From a virus, in the IMG/VR virus record IMGVR_UViG_3300045988_110327, positions 18,057 to 82,056 of that record: 64,000 nucleotides of DNA; one strand, given 5' to 3'. How positions within the stretch are numbered: the stretch's first letter is position 1; each line of letters starts with the position of its first letter. This document shows positions 29,512-39,153 of the stretch, one piece after another. The notes beneath the pieces are model-generated. The model searched no databases. It saw only the letters and a list, made by a program, of their open reading frames with translations, and was not told the origin of the DNA. The translations under genes were made by a program, and so were the position numbers.

Positions 29512-29795
29512 GACTTTCTGTTTTTATTGTTTTCAAAATATTGTTTTACAGCTTCTATAGCCTTATCATCATCAAAAGCCTCTTCAAACTCCGTATAGAA
29601 CCTATCTCGTTCCATGCAGAACGTGTTCTTCCCTTCTGGTATAGGACGGAATACAACCACCCTCTCTTCAGCGTGATTGGTTCCTATTATGTTATTATCT
29701 AAGATAATAGAATATCTTCTTGAACTTTTGTTGATAACAACATCATGTTGAAGACCATACAATTTAAGTATTTCCCTTAATTTACTTGTTTCCAT
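29508..29795 (-). CDS. hypothetical protein, 95 aa
   Basis: ORF; ATGA-type overlap. Confidence 0.55.
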   Translation of the reverse strand: METSKLREILKLYGLQHDVVINKSSRRYSIILDNNIIGTNHAEERVVVFRPIPEGKNTFCMERDRFYTEFEEAFDDDKAIEAVKQYFENNKNRKS

Positions 29796-30519
29796 TATTT
29801 GAAGATTTTATATTTTTAGAAGATACTGCTCCCGATCCCCACTTTTTCTTATATATAGTCCCCATCATGTTTATTAAATCAGAAAAAGAAGATATGGTTC
29901 CCATTTCTATACAAAATGCAAGATTGGATTGAAGCATTTCAAGTTCTTTTAACTGCTCTTGAGTTGCCCTGTTATCTAAAACATATTTATGTTTATTGAA
30001 TACAATCCAGTTTAATTTATCAGCCATTTCTATGTAATCAACATCTTCAAATTTTGATACAGACCTTGAAAGAGTATTGTATTTATCCCCTATCTCTATT
30101 CTATCCAAAATAAGTTTATCATTTAACCATCCAGTGACTTCTGCATACAGCATAGGATTTAATTCTATAGCGACTAATACCCATATGTAGGGATCACACA
30201 TAACATTTCTGTTTGTTCCTCTTCCTGTAGTCTTATAGGCATTATACCACTTCATTACTTTTATCAAAGAGTTGTTTTCCACTATATCCATAAACTCTTT
30301 CAGGGTTTCACTTTTTATGTATTTCTGTTTTTTAAGAATATAAAATATCCTTTCTGCGCTCTCCTTGTTCGAAAGAATATTTTCTATTCTCTTATCATTC
30401 CACCCCATCTCCACTCTTTTTCTTGTATATACCTCTTGTAATCCAGTTAATGACATAAAGGAAGTTTTAATGTCCTGTCTGATTACCACTCCATACAATA
30501 ACCTGTCTTTAGAAATCAT
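29782..30519 (-). CDS. hypothetical protein, 245 aa; possible KilA-N/antirepressor-like DNA-binding protein
   Basis: ORF; assignment weak, from overall resemblance only. Confidence 0.5.
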   Translation of the reverse strand: MISKDRLLYGVVIRQDIKTSFMSLTGLQEVYTRKRVEMGWNDKRIENILSNKESAERIFYILKKQKYIKSETLKEFMDIVENNSLIKVMKWYNAYKTTGRGTNRNVMCDPYIWVLVAIELNPMLYAEVTGWLNDKLILDRIEIGDKYNTLSRSVSKFEDVDYIEMADKLNWIVFNKHKYVLDNRATQEQLKELEMLQSNLAFCIEMGTISSFSDLINMMGTIYKKKWGSGAVSSKNIKSSNNGNK

Positions 30520-30642
30520 ACCCTTTAAATTATTTAATAAAATACGCTTGTATTAAAATTACACGACGTAAAAATATAGATTGTGTAATTTTAATACAAG
30601 CGTATTATATTAAATTTTACTTATAGTGTTTTTTTTATGGAC

Positions 30643-30999
30643 TTACATCACTCCTACTAAATTCACTTTTATAGAACCATTTATGGTTTTAATGCTCTCA
30701 TCTATGGTTGAAATCACATCATCTATATCATTTATAATACTTTCCATGTCATCAACCACCTCCTCCATATCAGTTACAGCCTGATCTGATTCCCAATATT
30801 TTTCTGAGTCTTGTAACGATTCCGGTATATTATCTCTCGCCTCCGTCTCTTCATCTAAAATCATATCAACATCATCCTTGGCTGAATTTATGTTGTACTT
30901 CAACTCCGATAACTTTGATTTGATGTATTCAAAATCTGTTTTATACTTATTTACGTTGTTAATAACATCCGATATTTTTTTTCTTCTCTTGTTGTTCAT
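30643..30999 (-). CDS. highly acidic small protein (118 aa), DNA-mimic/anti-restriction candidate
   Basis: D/E-rich (DDVDMILDEETEARD...MEEVVDDMESIINDIDDVISTIDE); immediately downstream of helicase. Confidence 0.5.
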   Translation of the reverse strand: MNNKRRKKISDVINNVNKYKTDFEYIKSKLSELKYNINSAKDDVDMILDEETEARDNIPESLQDSEKYWESDQAVTDMEEVVDDMESIINDIDDVISTIDESIKTINGSIKVNLVGVM

Positions 31000-33365
31000 G
31001 TCTTTATCCTATTATAATATTCGATAATCTTTTCTTTCCTGTCTCCTGGTTTTATTGCCATATTCTCAGCCAAGAACCTAAAATACGACACCGGTATGTC
31101 CTTGAATCTAATTCCTTCATATTTTCCAAACCACATTATTATACTGTCAAGATCGTCTTCTCTCCTACCATCTCCATTCACAGATTTAAGCGAGGCTGCC
31201 CGGCGAAGGATCTCGTCTTTGGTAATAATATCACCCATCCTTATATTGGACAGAAGTTGATCTCCGGCAAACATACACCAGCCCTTAGAAGGGAATTGTT
31301 CGATTGTCAAGTCTTCTATCCGACCGAAACGCCTCATGTTGTCGCAGCAATCAACTATCAGCGCCTCTTTCTTGTCAGGATGGATGCGGACGGCGCGGCC
31401 TAATATTTGGTAATATGTTGAATATGAGAATGTTGGGCGACCAAACATCACGCAATCAAGTTCAGGGAAATCAAATCCGGTAGCAAGCGTTGAATAATTA
31501 AAAACCACCTTCAACTTACCTTCTTTGAAATCTGATATGATTTGCTCTCTTTTCTTTTTGGTTGTTAGCGATGTTACGACACCGGTTATGGCTCCCATCC
31601 TGGCATTCATGAACTCTGATATTCTATTACATGATTCGATAGAATCCATACAAACCAAAATGGCCTTACGTTCGTTCATAAGTTGAAGAAGGCGCTTGTA
31701 GATAGAGTTGTTTAAGCCGTTTCGTACAATACTTTCTTTAATAGATTCATTGGTATATTCGGCTCCGGTACTGTTTAACATCAGCGCCGATTCATCAAAC
31801 GACCATCGTTCGTACTTAAGTGGACACCAAAAACCTTGAGAAGTTAGCTCTTGTATTTGAGTCACATGAACTATTTTCTTGAAGAAGTTATGTTCGTCTT
31901 TCGTCAGCATATTAAGTTTGCTGTAGTTTCCTTCCAGCATGGAACTATAGGTTCGGAGGCGGCAGGGGGTGGCGGTGAAGCCCAGCACCTTCGCCTCGGG
32001 AAACTCGCTCATAAACTCTATAAACTCAGAACCTTCTTCAGGAGAATATCCTGAATGACAATTTCCAGAAACAAATGTATATCCTTTATATCTTAGTACT
32101 ATACATCCAGATGGAACCTCTACGCAATAAACTTGTCCGGTGTATTTTTCATATCGTTTATACATAGAGTTAGTGCCTCTTAGTTTTTTGTCTTTTGTTA
32201 TAAAAAGCCTATAAACATCCGAATATGTTTCTTTTCTGCCATCCTTTTCAATAGAAACATAACATCCGTGGCCAGCTATTGTGGCTACAGAATTATAAAA
32301 ATCCACCTGCGTTTTATCGGTCGATGAATAATAAAGCATCGTATTCCCTATAATACCGCCGTCCCACAAAGAACACTCTTCTATTACCGATCTTGCTTTT
32401 TCGTAAGACATTGGGAATGATATATGATTTCGAATATCCTTTGTTGTAAACTTTGGCATTCTTACCATAAACCTTCTTCTGTTTTTCGTATTTCCTTCTT
32501 TTTCTATTTTTCCTTTAACTTCCCATATCTCAACGTTTGCATTCTTACATAAATAATGAATCCTTTTTATTTTTCTTTCTTTTGAAAATGAGAAAGATAT
32601 AATTGTGTCATTTTCGTTTTTGTTATGAATACTTCCATCTGCTTGTGTTGCTATAAACAACCTCTCCATGTCAGATAAGGAATCGCCTTCGCTATCTACA
32701 CGTGATATCCCTGATACCGGAATGCATTTCCCAGATTTAAAAGAAGCTTCAGATATTTTCTGTTTATACCATTTACCGTATTTCTTATCATAAAACAAGA
32801 AATCATGATTCTTTGTCACTGGAAGATCTATTCCATGTTTAATATGAAGTAAACAAATGTCACCATCGTGCGGCTTGTTGATATATCTGATAGGCATCAC
32901 AAAATCAATAAATCCTTTATCATATTGAGCTACCCTTACATTTTGTTCTAATTTATTAAATTGAACAAACCCTTTTTCGGTTAATATCTCCACATCTCCA
33001 GTAAAACATTCATCTATCAGGATCGTATCTATCCCTATATCTTTCAACCTTGCTACGTCTTTCTTTATGCTTTTAAGTGTAGCATAAGTCATAGCCGATA
33101 ATTCCTTTACGCCACATGAGGCAGAATATATGGTAGGTTTAGAACCGAATGATACAGCCTTTGCATAATTCTGCTCCAGAATCTCTTTTGAGGGCTGTAA
33201 CACTAACGTCGGTCTATTTATTTCATGTGCTATCTTGGATATCAGAAGGCTCTTTCCACATCCGCATGGAGCTACTATTATGCCAGGCTTCTTAGATCTT
33301 CCTGTAAGAAACTTAAGCCCGGTATCTACTGCCTCTTTTTGGTAAGGTCTAAGTTCAAAGCCCAT
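30996..33365 (-). CDS. SF2 (DECH-box) DNA helicase interrupted by a 316 aa intein
   Basis: Walker A APCGCGKS, motif II DE|CH split by insertion, TAT motif FTATP, motif VI QILGRAVR. Confidence 0.85.
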   Translation of the reverse strand: MGFELRPYQKEAVDTGLKFLTGRSKKPGIIVAPCGCGKSLLISKIAHEINRPTLVLQPSKEILEQNYAKAVSFGSKPTIYSASCGVKELSAMTYATLKSIKKDVARLKDIGIDTILIDECFTGDVEILTEKGFVQFNKLEQNVRVAQYDKGFIDFVMPIRYINKPHDGDICLLHIKHGIDLPVTKNHDFLFYDKKYGKWYKQKISEASFKSGKCIPVSGISRVDSEGDSLSDMERLFIATQADGSIHNKNENDTIISFSFSKERKIKRIHYLCKNANVEIWEVKGKIEKEGNTKNRRRFMVRMPKFTTKDIRNHISFPMSYEKARSVIEECSLWDGGIIGNTMLYYSSTDKTQVDFYNSVATIAGHGCYVSIEKDGRKETYSDVYRLFITKDKKLRGTNSMYKRYEKYTGQVYCVEVPSGCIVLRYKGYTFVSGNCHSGYSPEEGSEFIEFMSEFPEAKVLGFTATPCRLRTYSSMLEGNYSKLNMLTKDEHNFFKKIVHVTQIQELTSQGFWCPLKYERWSFDESALMLNSTGAEYTNESIKESIVRNGLNNSIYKRLLQLMNERKAILVCMDSIESCNRISEFMNARMGAITGVVTSLTTKKKREQIISDFKEGKLKVVFNYSTLATGFDFPELDCVMFGRPTFSYSTYYQILGRAVRIHPDKKEALIVDCCDNMRRFGRIEDLTIEQFPSKGWCMFAGDQLLSNIRMGDIITKDEILRRAASLKSVNGDGRREDDLDSIIMWFGKYEGIRFKDIPVSYFRFLAENMAIKPGDRKEKIIEYYNRIKT
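32061..33008 (-). mobile_element. intein with double LAGLIDADG homing-endonuclease domain, inserted in helicase motif II (ILIDE/CHSGY)
   Basis: Starts CFTGDVEIL (block A), TKNH block B, LFIATQADGS and SLWDGGI LAGLIDADG-like motifs, ends VYCVEV...FVSGN followed by Cys+1. Confidence 0.7.
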
Positions 33366-33732
33366 CGCAATCTATTTTACTGTTTTTTGAAAGTTCTATT
33401 ATTGCCTCCTTTAGCATCTCTCTTGCTTTATCTTCGTTATCCTCAAGCAAGCATACACTGCACGATATACCCATACGATCTCCATAAGCCTCGGCATTAC
33501 CTAATGTGAATGCGCAGCAGTAATCATAATCCATGTTTTTTGCTACGGCAATAAACTGATTATCTTCTATCAGTACAGCATATTCAGCATCAGTTTCACA
33601 CATGATAATGGCTTTATCTTTTTTTATAGACAATACCTTGTTTCTAAAAAGTCCGTTATAAATCCATAGTTCTTTTCCTGCATTTTTATAAAACGCAACC
33701 ATATCTTCCTTGATTGTAACTTCTTTTTTCAT
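33355..33732 (-). CDS. hypothetical protein, 125 aa
   Basis: ORF. Confidence 0.6.
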   Translation of the reverse strand: MKKEVTIKEDMVAFYKNAGKELWIYNGLFRNKVLSIKKDKAIIMCETDAEYAVLIEDNQFIAVAKNMDYDYCCAFTLGNAEAYGDRMGISCSVCLLEDNEDKAREMLKEAIIELSKNSKIDCDGL

Positions 33733-33735
33733 GAC

Positions 33736-34092
33736 TTACTTGTGTTTAACATCAGTAATTAAAACATATCTTTTAACAATATCTTCAAGACTCACAGAAG
33801 AACGTATATATAGTTTTTCTTCGTACTCATATAGAGCGTACCCTTCTTTTATGTCTAATATCTTAATCACATGCTTGCCTCTTTCAAATGGATCCTCAAA
33901 GTAGTTCTTATGTTCGTATCTTTGACCTACTTTGATTTTGTCAGTTTTCTTCTTCATCTTATAACGATCTACTGCTCTACCTGTTTTTATGAAAGCTGTC
34001 GTGAGTAAGTATAATAAAACTAAATACAAAAGGATCGCTACTCCACATATTAGATCTTCTTTCATTACACTCCTTTTAAATAGTTGAACCAT
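33736..34092 (-). CDS. small membrane protein (N-terminal TM helix), 118 aa
   Basis: Hydrophobic segment ICGVAILLYLVLLYLLTTAFI. Confidence 0.55.
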   Translation of the reverse strand: MVQLFKRSVMKEDLICGVAILLYLVLLYLLTTAFIKTGRAVDRYKMKKKTDKIKVGQRYEHKNYFEDPFERGKHVIKILDIKEGYALYEYEEKLYIRSSVSLEDIVKRYVLITDVKHK

Positions 34093-34231
34093 ATATCCTC
34101 CAGCTTCTCCTGAAGCTCAAACGCTTTCTTGAAATTCCCGCATCGTACAGCAACGTCTCTCATGTATGTCAAGTCTATAACTTCCGGATCTTGCCGGTAT
34201 TTTGTTCTTAACTTTTTAACATCATCGTATT

Positions 34232-35251
34232 TCATCGTTTTATCTTTTTAGACGGATCCCAATCCGAAGAGAAAGGGCATTCGTTTTTGTTATGTAATCC
34301 AAAGTCGCAATAATAACACAGTGCTGACGGGCAGGGTAGCTTGTTTTGCGAAACAGGCTGGCTTAGGGTGGCACGCCGCTTGCTATACCTGGCTCCTTCT
34401 GCTCCCTGGATGTACGCTTGAAATGATTTTACACTATTATCTTCAAAATCATACATTTTAGATAAAGTGTCATTTAGCATTTCTATAGATTTTGTTTTAC
34501 GTTCCTCATCCACCTTAACCTTTTGGTACTGCCTGGTCCTGGTAAAGAAATAGATGTTCATATCTGGTAGAACCCCACCATATCTTCTATAGATGTAAAA
34601 CGAATATATAGGATGCTGTAAATTTGTTTCCAGCTTTTTAGAATCAAAAATTTTATTACCTGATTTCCAATCTATGACATAATGATGGATCACCCCTTTG
34701 CTCTTTATAGCCAGATGAAGGTCTACCGACCCCACTATATACACATGAGTATGAACGGTCCCATTTATATCAACTGGCTTAGGAAGACGATACGGCAGCA
34801 CAAAATCTTCTTCGACTCCAACTATAGCACCATGTCTTATAAGTTTCTCACAAGGATTAAGATCACTATCAGCTATCATAAACCTATTTCCGTCTTTTTT
34901 AAAAAGATCCACAATCCAAGCAAGAAGTTCTCCAGATTGCTTCATGGCTATCATCATATTCTCTGGCGATTGCCAAGGTATGTCTTCTTGGTAAGCATAG
35001 TAACTTATAGCTTCTCCAAGGTCTTTACCAGAAGGCTGTTTTCCGTTCTTGAAGAAGTATTCCAGTGTCTTATGAATAACCGTACCATAAGACGTAGCTT
35101 CTTGTTTTTCCGTAGATCTTTTGCCCTCCACGTAAGTTTTATACCATTTCATTGGACAAGTAAGAAACGTATCTATCTGGGAATAAGATATGGCAAGACG
35201 TTTCACGCCATTAAACTCCTTATATAGCAAATGCGTTTCCGGGACCATCAT
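34232..35251 (-). CDS. Cas4/RecB-like PD-(D/E)XK exonuclease with 4-Cys (Fe-S) cluster
   Basis: N-terminal YSQIDTFLTCPMKWY, DWK catalytic motif, C-terminal CPSALCYYCDFGLHNKNEC. Confidence 0.65.
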   Translation of the reverse strand: MMVPETHLLYKEFNGVKRLAISYSQIDTFLTCPMKWYKTYVEGKRSTEKQEATSYGTVIHKTLEYFFKNGKQPSGKDLGEAISYYAYQEDIPWQSPENMMIAMKQSGELLAWIVDLFKKDGNRFMIADSDLNPCEKLIRHGAIVGVEEDFVLPYRLPKPVDINGTVHTHVYIVGSVDLHLAIKSKGVIHHYVIDWKSGNKIFDSKKLETNLQHPIYSFYIYRRYGGVLPDMNIYFFTRTRQYQKVKVDEERKTKSIEMLNDTLSKMYDFEDNSVKSFQAYIQGAEGARYSKRRATLSQPVSQNKLPCPSALCYYCDFGLHNKNECPFSSDWDPSKKIKR

Positions 35252-35607
35252 AAGTCATTGTCTTTAAATCCTTCCGGGTAATATACGACATACTTCTTAC
35301 CGTCTTCTGGTGTCATGGCAAACTGCATGTAGTTATTACGATTACGATGCTTGCCATCCAATCCTCGTTTCCAATACAGGATACCGTCTATATCCACATA
35401 AGATCGGCCGCGTTCGGCTCTAACCACGTCCGTGTGTAGCAGATACCCGTCGGAAGACACAATCCACACTTTATCTCCTTTGTTTAAATAAGATATTCTT
35501 TTTCTTACAATAACCTTTTTCTTATTATCCAATACAAATTCCTCATCAGTCATACTCTTCGTCCTCCTCTTCTTCTGTTTCAAAATCAATTCCATAACAC
35601 TGATCAT
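35248..35607 (-). CDS. hypothetical protein, 119 aa
   Basis: ORF; 4 nt overlap. Confidence 0.55.
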   Translation of the reverse strand: MISVMELILKQKKRRTKSMTDEEFVLDNKKKVIVRKRISYLNKGDKVWIVSSDGYLLHTDVVRAERGRSYVDIDGILYWKRGLDGKHRNRNNYMQFAMTPEDGKKYVVYYPEGFKDNDL

Positions 35608-35760
35608 AATGCTTGGTCAGTTCTTCTGGTTCTAAATCTTGTCCAAAATCCATGTTAAAAATATCGTAATTAGTAAAGCACTGTTCCTGCCGGCAGGAAA
35701 TCTATGAATGCTGCTTTTATTTCTTCAATTAGGCCCAAGTGTAACCTTGGGCCATTGTAT

Positions 35761-37461
35761 TTATTTTTTGTCATCTCCTTTTAGCTTCTTTAAAGTATCT
35801 GCAATCGGAAGCTGATCAATGACTCCCAATGCCGGAGCGACGGTCTTAACAACATTGTTAAGGAAATTGCCGGTACTGTTCTGACCGCCGTCAAATACCG
35901 TGATATTTCCGAGGTTAATGTGCTCAAATGCCTTAACCTGTTCTCCAGCAATTTCTTTCCACTGATTAACCATCTTGTACTGGATGGCTATCTGAGGATT
36001 GGATTCTGCTGCTTCCACCATAGCCTTAAATCCCTCTGCTTCTGCCATCAACGACTTTTTCTTACCTTCGGCTTCTGCTTCCAACTTCATCTTAATAGCC
36101 TTTGCTTCGGCTTCTGCTTTTGCCAAATTGGCTGCTGCTTCAGCGGCAGCCCGGCGTTTAATCTTTTCTGCTTCAGCATCAGCTTGCAAAATAGCTTCTT
36201 GCTTCTGGGTTTCAGCCGGCACAATCTTTTCAGCTCGAAGCGCAGCTTGAACTTTCTCAGCCTTAGCCTCTTCCACTTCTTTATCAGCAAGCTCTTTTGC
36301 CGTTTTTACAGCCGCTTCCGACTTAACCCTCTCTTCTCCAGCCTTCTTTTCTGATTGAGCTTTGATAACCTGTAATTCTGATTCTGATATAGCAACCTCT
36401 TTCTGGGCATTGTTATAACCCACAGATGCGTTTTTCTCAGCTTCAGCTTTCTTGATCTGAGCTTCGGAGTCTTGGATTGCTATAGCTGCTTGTTTATCAG
36501 CCTCAGCCTTATTCTTTCCGACTTCTTCCATTCTTTCAGCCTCAGCTTTGTTTACCTCAAGTTCTGCCTTAGATCTTGCAATCGCCGATTCTTTGTCAGC
36601 CAAAGTCTTTGCAATAACCGCAGCCCTATCTCTATCGGCTTGAGCTACACCGATCTGTTTTTCTTTATCGGTTAAAGCCAAAGCTACTTCTTTTTCTTTC
36701 TTTGTTTCAGCTACTACCGTTTCCTTTTCTTTTTCAGTATAGGCAATTTGAATCTCTTGCTCTTTTTGGGTATTAGCTACAGCCGTTTCTTTTTCCTTTT
36801 GCTGTACAGCAATCTTAATAGCACCCAGCTTTTCCTGTTCTTCGATATTAGCCTGTGCTTCGTTCAGGGCCTTACTTTCAGCTTCTTTGCCAAGATTCAT
36901 GATATAGCCGGCTTCGTCTCTGATGTCACTGATGTTGATATTTAGGAGGTAAAGGCCTAACTTATTAAGTTCGTTATCAATGTTTTTTCTTGCCTTATCC
37001 AAAAACTCATCCCTGTCAGAATTAAGTTTTTCAATCGTCATTTCAGCAATGATCAAACGCATTTGGCCATAAACGATATCCGTAATAAGATTTTCAGTAG
37101 ATTCAGTATCCATCCCCAAAAGCCTTTCTGCTGCATTCTGCATAATTTCAGGATTTGTGCTGATTGCTACTGTAATAGTAGTAGGTACATCCACTCTGAT
37201 ATTTTGAGACGACAAAGCACCGGTGAGCCTACAATCTATTTGCATAGGCTCCATAGACAAAATATCATAGCTTTGAATAATAGGCAAGACGAATGCCGCT
37301 CCACCATGATATAATTTCGCCGATTTCCTTTCCCCACCTGTCTTACCATAAACGACCAAGACTTGATTAGGCTTACATCTACGATACCTTGATAAGACTC
37401 CGATGATTGTCAAAATAATCACTACAGCTAAAATAGCTGACACGTACATGATTGTTGTCAT
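35761..37461 (-). CDS. flotillin-like SPFH/band-7 membrane protein (566 aa) with long Ala/Glu/Lys coiled-coil
   Basis: N-terminal TM helix, SPFH core (VLVVYGKTGG...), EA-repeat coiled-coil typical of YqiK/FloT. Confidence 0.75.
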   Translation of the reverse strand: MTTIMYVSAILAVVIILTIIGVLSRYRRCKPNQVLVVYGKTGGERKSAKLYHGGAAFVLPIIQSYDILSMEPMQIDCRLTGALSSQNIRVDVPTTITVAISTNPEIMQNAAERLLGMDTESTENLITDIVYGQMRLIIAEMTIEKLNSDRDEFLDKARKNIDNELNKLGLYLLNINISDIRDEAGYIMNLGKEAESKALNEAQANIEEQEKLGAIKIAVQQKEKETAVANTQKEQEIQIAYTEKEKETVVAETKKEKEVALALTDKEKQIGVAQADRDRAAVIAKTLADKESAIARSKAELEVNKAEAERMEEVGKNKAEADKQAAIAIQDSEAQIKKAEAEKNASVGYNNAQKEVAISESELQVIKAQSEKKAGEERVKSEAAVKTAKELADKEVEEAKAEKVQAALRAEKIVPAETQKQEAILQADAEAEKIKRRAAAEAAANLAKAEAEAKAIKMKLEAEAEGKKKSLMAEAEGFKAMVEAAESNPQIAIQYKMVNQWKEIAGEQVKAFEHINLGNITVFDGGQNSTGNFLNNVVKTVAPALGVIDQLPIADTLKKLKGDDKK

Positions 37462-37492
37462 AACTTTTAAAATTTAATTGTTGATAAAAAAA

Positions 37493-37987
37493 TTAGATAC
37501 TTAATTCTCCTTCTTCGTATTTTATATTCACCTTGTCACCGTTTTTGTAATTTTTTCCAGACAAGCACCTCACTCTCATCTGTTCCTGTCTTCCATTTTT
37601 AGAAATATTTACCATATAATGATTCTTACCTGATCTAAATACTATCTCCACCTCTCTGCCATTTAAATCTTCCGGACATTCGTACACCATTTCTTGTTTT
37701 AACTTAAGAAGTAACTTATATACGTAAAACAAAACGATAAAGAAAAATGACCCTATTACGACCCCTACTAAATGGGAACCCGAAAAGTATGTGGTCCAGC
37801 TATATCCAAGAATAAAATGTGTTATGCCCTTGAATGATATGATATCCGACAAAGACATGCTTAAATCAGAAGCGCTGTTAATGTCAATATCCGTATCCAG
37901 ATCAGATCCTAATATCGACAACAAAAACTGTATAACAAAAGCAAATGACGCTATTAAAGCCATGCATAAAATTATATCACTTCCCAT
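37493..37987 (-). CDS. NfeD-like membrane protein (3 TM + C-terminal OB-fold), partner of flotillin
   Basis: TM helices then ...GREVEIVFRSGKNHYMVNISKNGRQEQMRVRC...GDKVNIKYEEGELSI; immediately upstream of SPFH gene as in bacterial nfeD-floT operons. Confidence 0.6.
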   Translation of the reverse strand: MGSDIILCMALIASFAFVIQFLLSILGSDLDTDIDINSASDLSMSLSDIISFKGITHFILGYSWTTYFSGSHLVGVVIGSFFFIVLFYVYKLLLKLKQEMVYECPEDLNGREVEIVFRSGKNHYMVNISKNGRQEQMRVRCLSGKNYKNGDKVNIKYEEGELSI

Positions 37988-38228
37988 ATCCTTCTGTTAT
38001 TATTTTGTAAACAAGATCAGTCATTTCTTTGATGGATTCTGTATAATAATCAATAATAACAATATTGATTTTTTGTTCCACCATCACATCAAGCTCAACT
38101 TTATCAATATAATCTAATCCAAGTTCTTTAAACGACACATCTTCTTCATGAATCATATCCATTTCCGAATGAAGAAACTGAGTAATAATCATATCCTCTA
38201 TGATCTTTCTGATTTCTACTTTTTCCAT
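37977..38228 (-). CDS. acyl-carrier-protein-like protein lacking the phosphopantetheine serine (DSL replaced by DYI)
   Basis: SFKELGLDYIDKVELDVMVEQKI aligns with AcpP [24 protein letters not shown]. Confidence 0.55.
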   Translation of the reverse strand: MEKVEIRKIIEDMIITQFLHSEMDMIHEEDVSFKELGLDYIDKVELDVMVEQKINIVIIDYYTESIKEMTDLVYKIITEGYGK

Positions 38229-38929
38229 TGCTTTCTAATTTTATTAAATAAATACGTTTTTATGTTTTTCAACCTCTCTTTGTCTGTTTCCGAACTTCCG
38301 GTAAACAAATAATCCGGATTTCCTTTAGCCGGCGGCGTAGGCAATTTAGATACGGCAAACAACCAATCCATTTCCTTATTCTTCTTAGGCTCCAAATAAG
38401 GCTCGGTAGCGATCTTAAATTTTTCAGCTATTAAGTCAAAGAGCTTTGAATTTTTAAGGTTCATATGGACTGAAAAAACCTGAGAAGGCGGTTTCCATAT
38501 GAAGTTACATAAGCTCATTGTGTAATCTCCTGACTCTGCTATATAAGATTCCGTTACCTGAAGTATGACCTCTTTCTTAAATGAAGTATTACCCATAAAC
38601 CAACACAATCTGGATTCCGCTTCTTTTCTGCTGACACCTATGTCTTTTGAATATGATTCGTACATTCCTATCATAATCTTCAACGTTTCCAGAACCTCGT
38701 CCGTCATTTCCGGTGTCTCTATATAATTCACAAAAGACGTTCCTTTGTTGGTTAATCTCATCACGCCTGATTTTAATTTCTCAACCAGGCCAAGCTCTAT
38801 ATACCTCCCAGCATCTTCTTTCGGCATGGCTTCGATCATAACCGAATCCTTCTGTCTTATGGCAAGAAGATTAGCGAGATCATTAGGAGTCATGTCTGAT
38901 GCTGCAAGTTGTCTGAAATTGATGTACAT
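38216..38929 (-). CDS. hypothetical protein, 237 aa
   Basis: ORF. Confidence 0.6.
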   Translation of the reverse strand: MYINFRQLAASDMTPNDLANLLAIRQKDSVMIEAMPKEDAGRYIELGLVEKLKSGVMRLTNKGTSFVNYIETPEMTDEVLETLKIMIGMYESYSKDIGVSRKEAESRLCWFMGNTSFKKEVILQVTESYIAESGDYTMSLCNFIWKPPSQVFSVHMNLKNSKLFDLIAEKFKIATEPYLEPKKNKEMDWLFAVSKLPTPPAKGNPDYLFTGSSETDKERLKNIKTYLFNKIRKQWKK

Positions 38930-38931
38930 GC

Positions 38932-39138
38932 CTAATCAGCTTTAATAAAAATAACATCCTTGTTATCCTCCCTCTCCGCGTGATTACACGGACCTGCAAC
39001 CACACCCACTGCCCCGCATGTAAAGTAATTAAATATACATCCTTCACATCCTGCATCTGGTGCCGTAGGTTCCACGCATTTTAATCTCACAAGTCCGGCA
39101 TCAAACACTTCTCCTATTTTAAATTCCTTCTTTTCCAT
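38932..39138 (-). CDS. small Cys-rich protein, 68 aa
   Basis: C..(8)..CEGC......C........C pattern. Confidence 0.5.
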   Translation of the reverse strand: MEKKEFKIGEVFDAGLVRLKCVEPTAPDAGCEGCIFNYFTCGAVGVVAGPCNHAEREDNKDVIFIKAD

Positions 39139-39153
39139 ATTTCCTCCTTGTTT

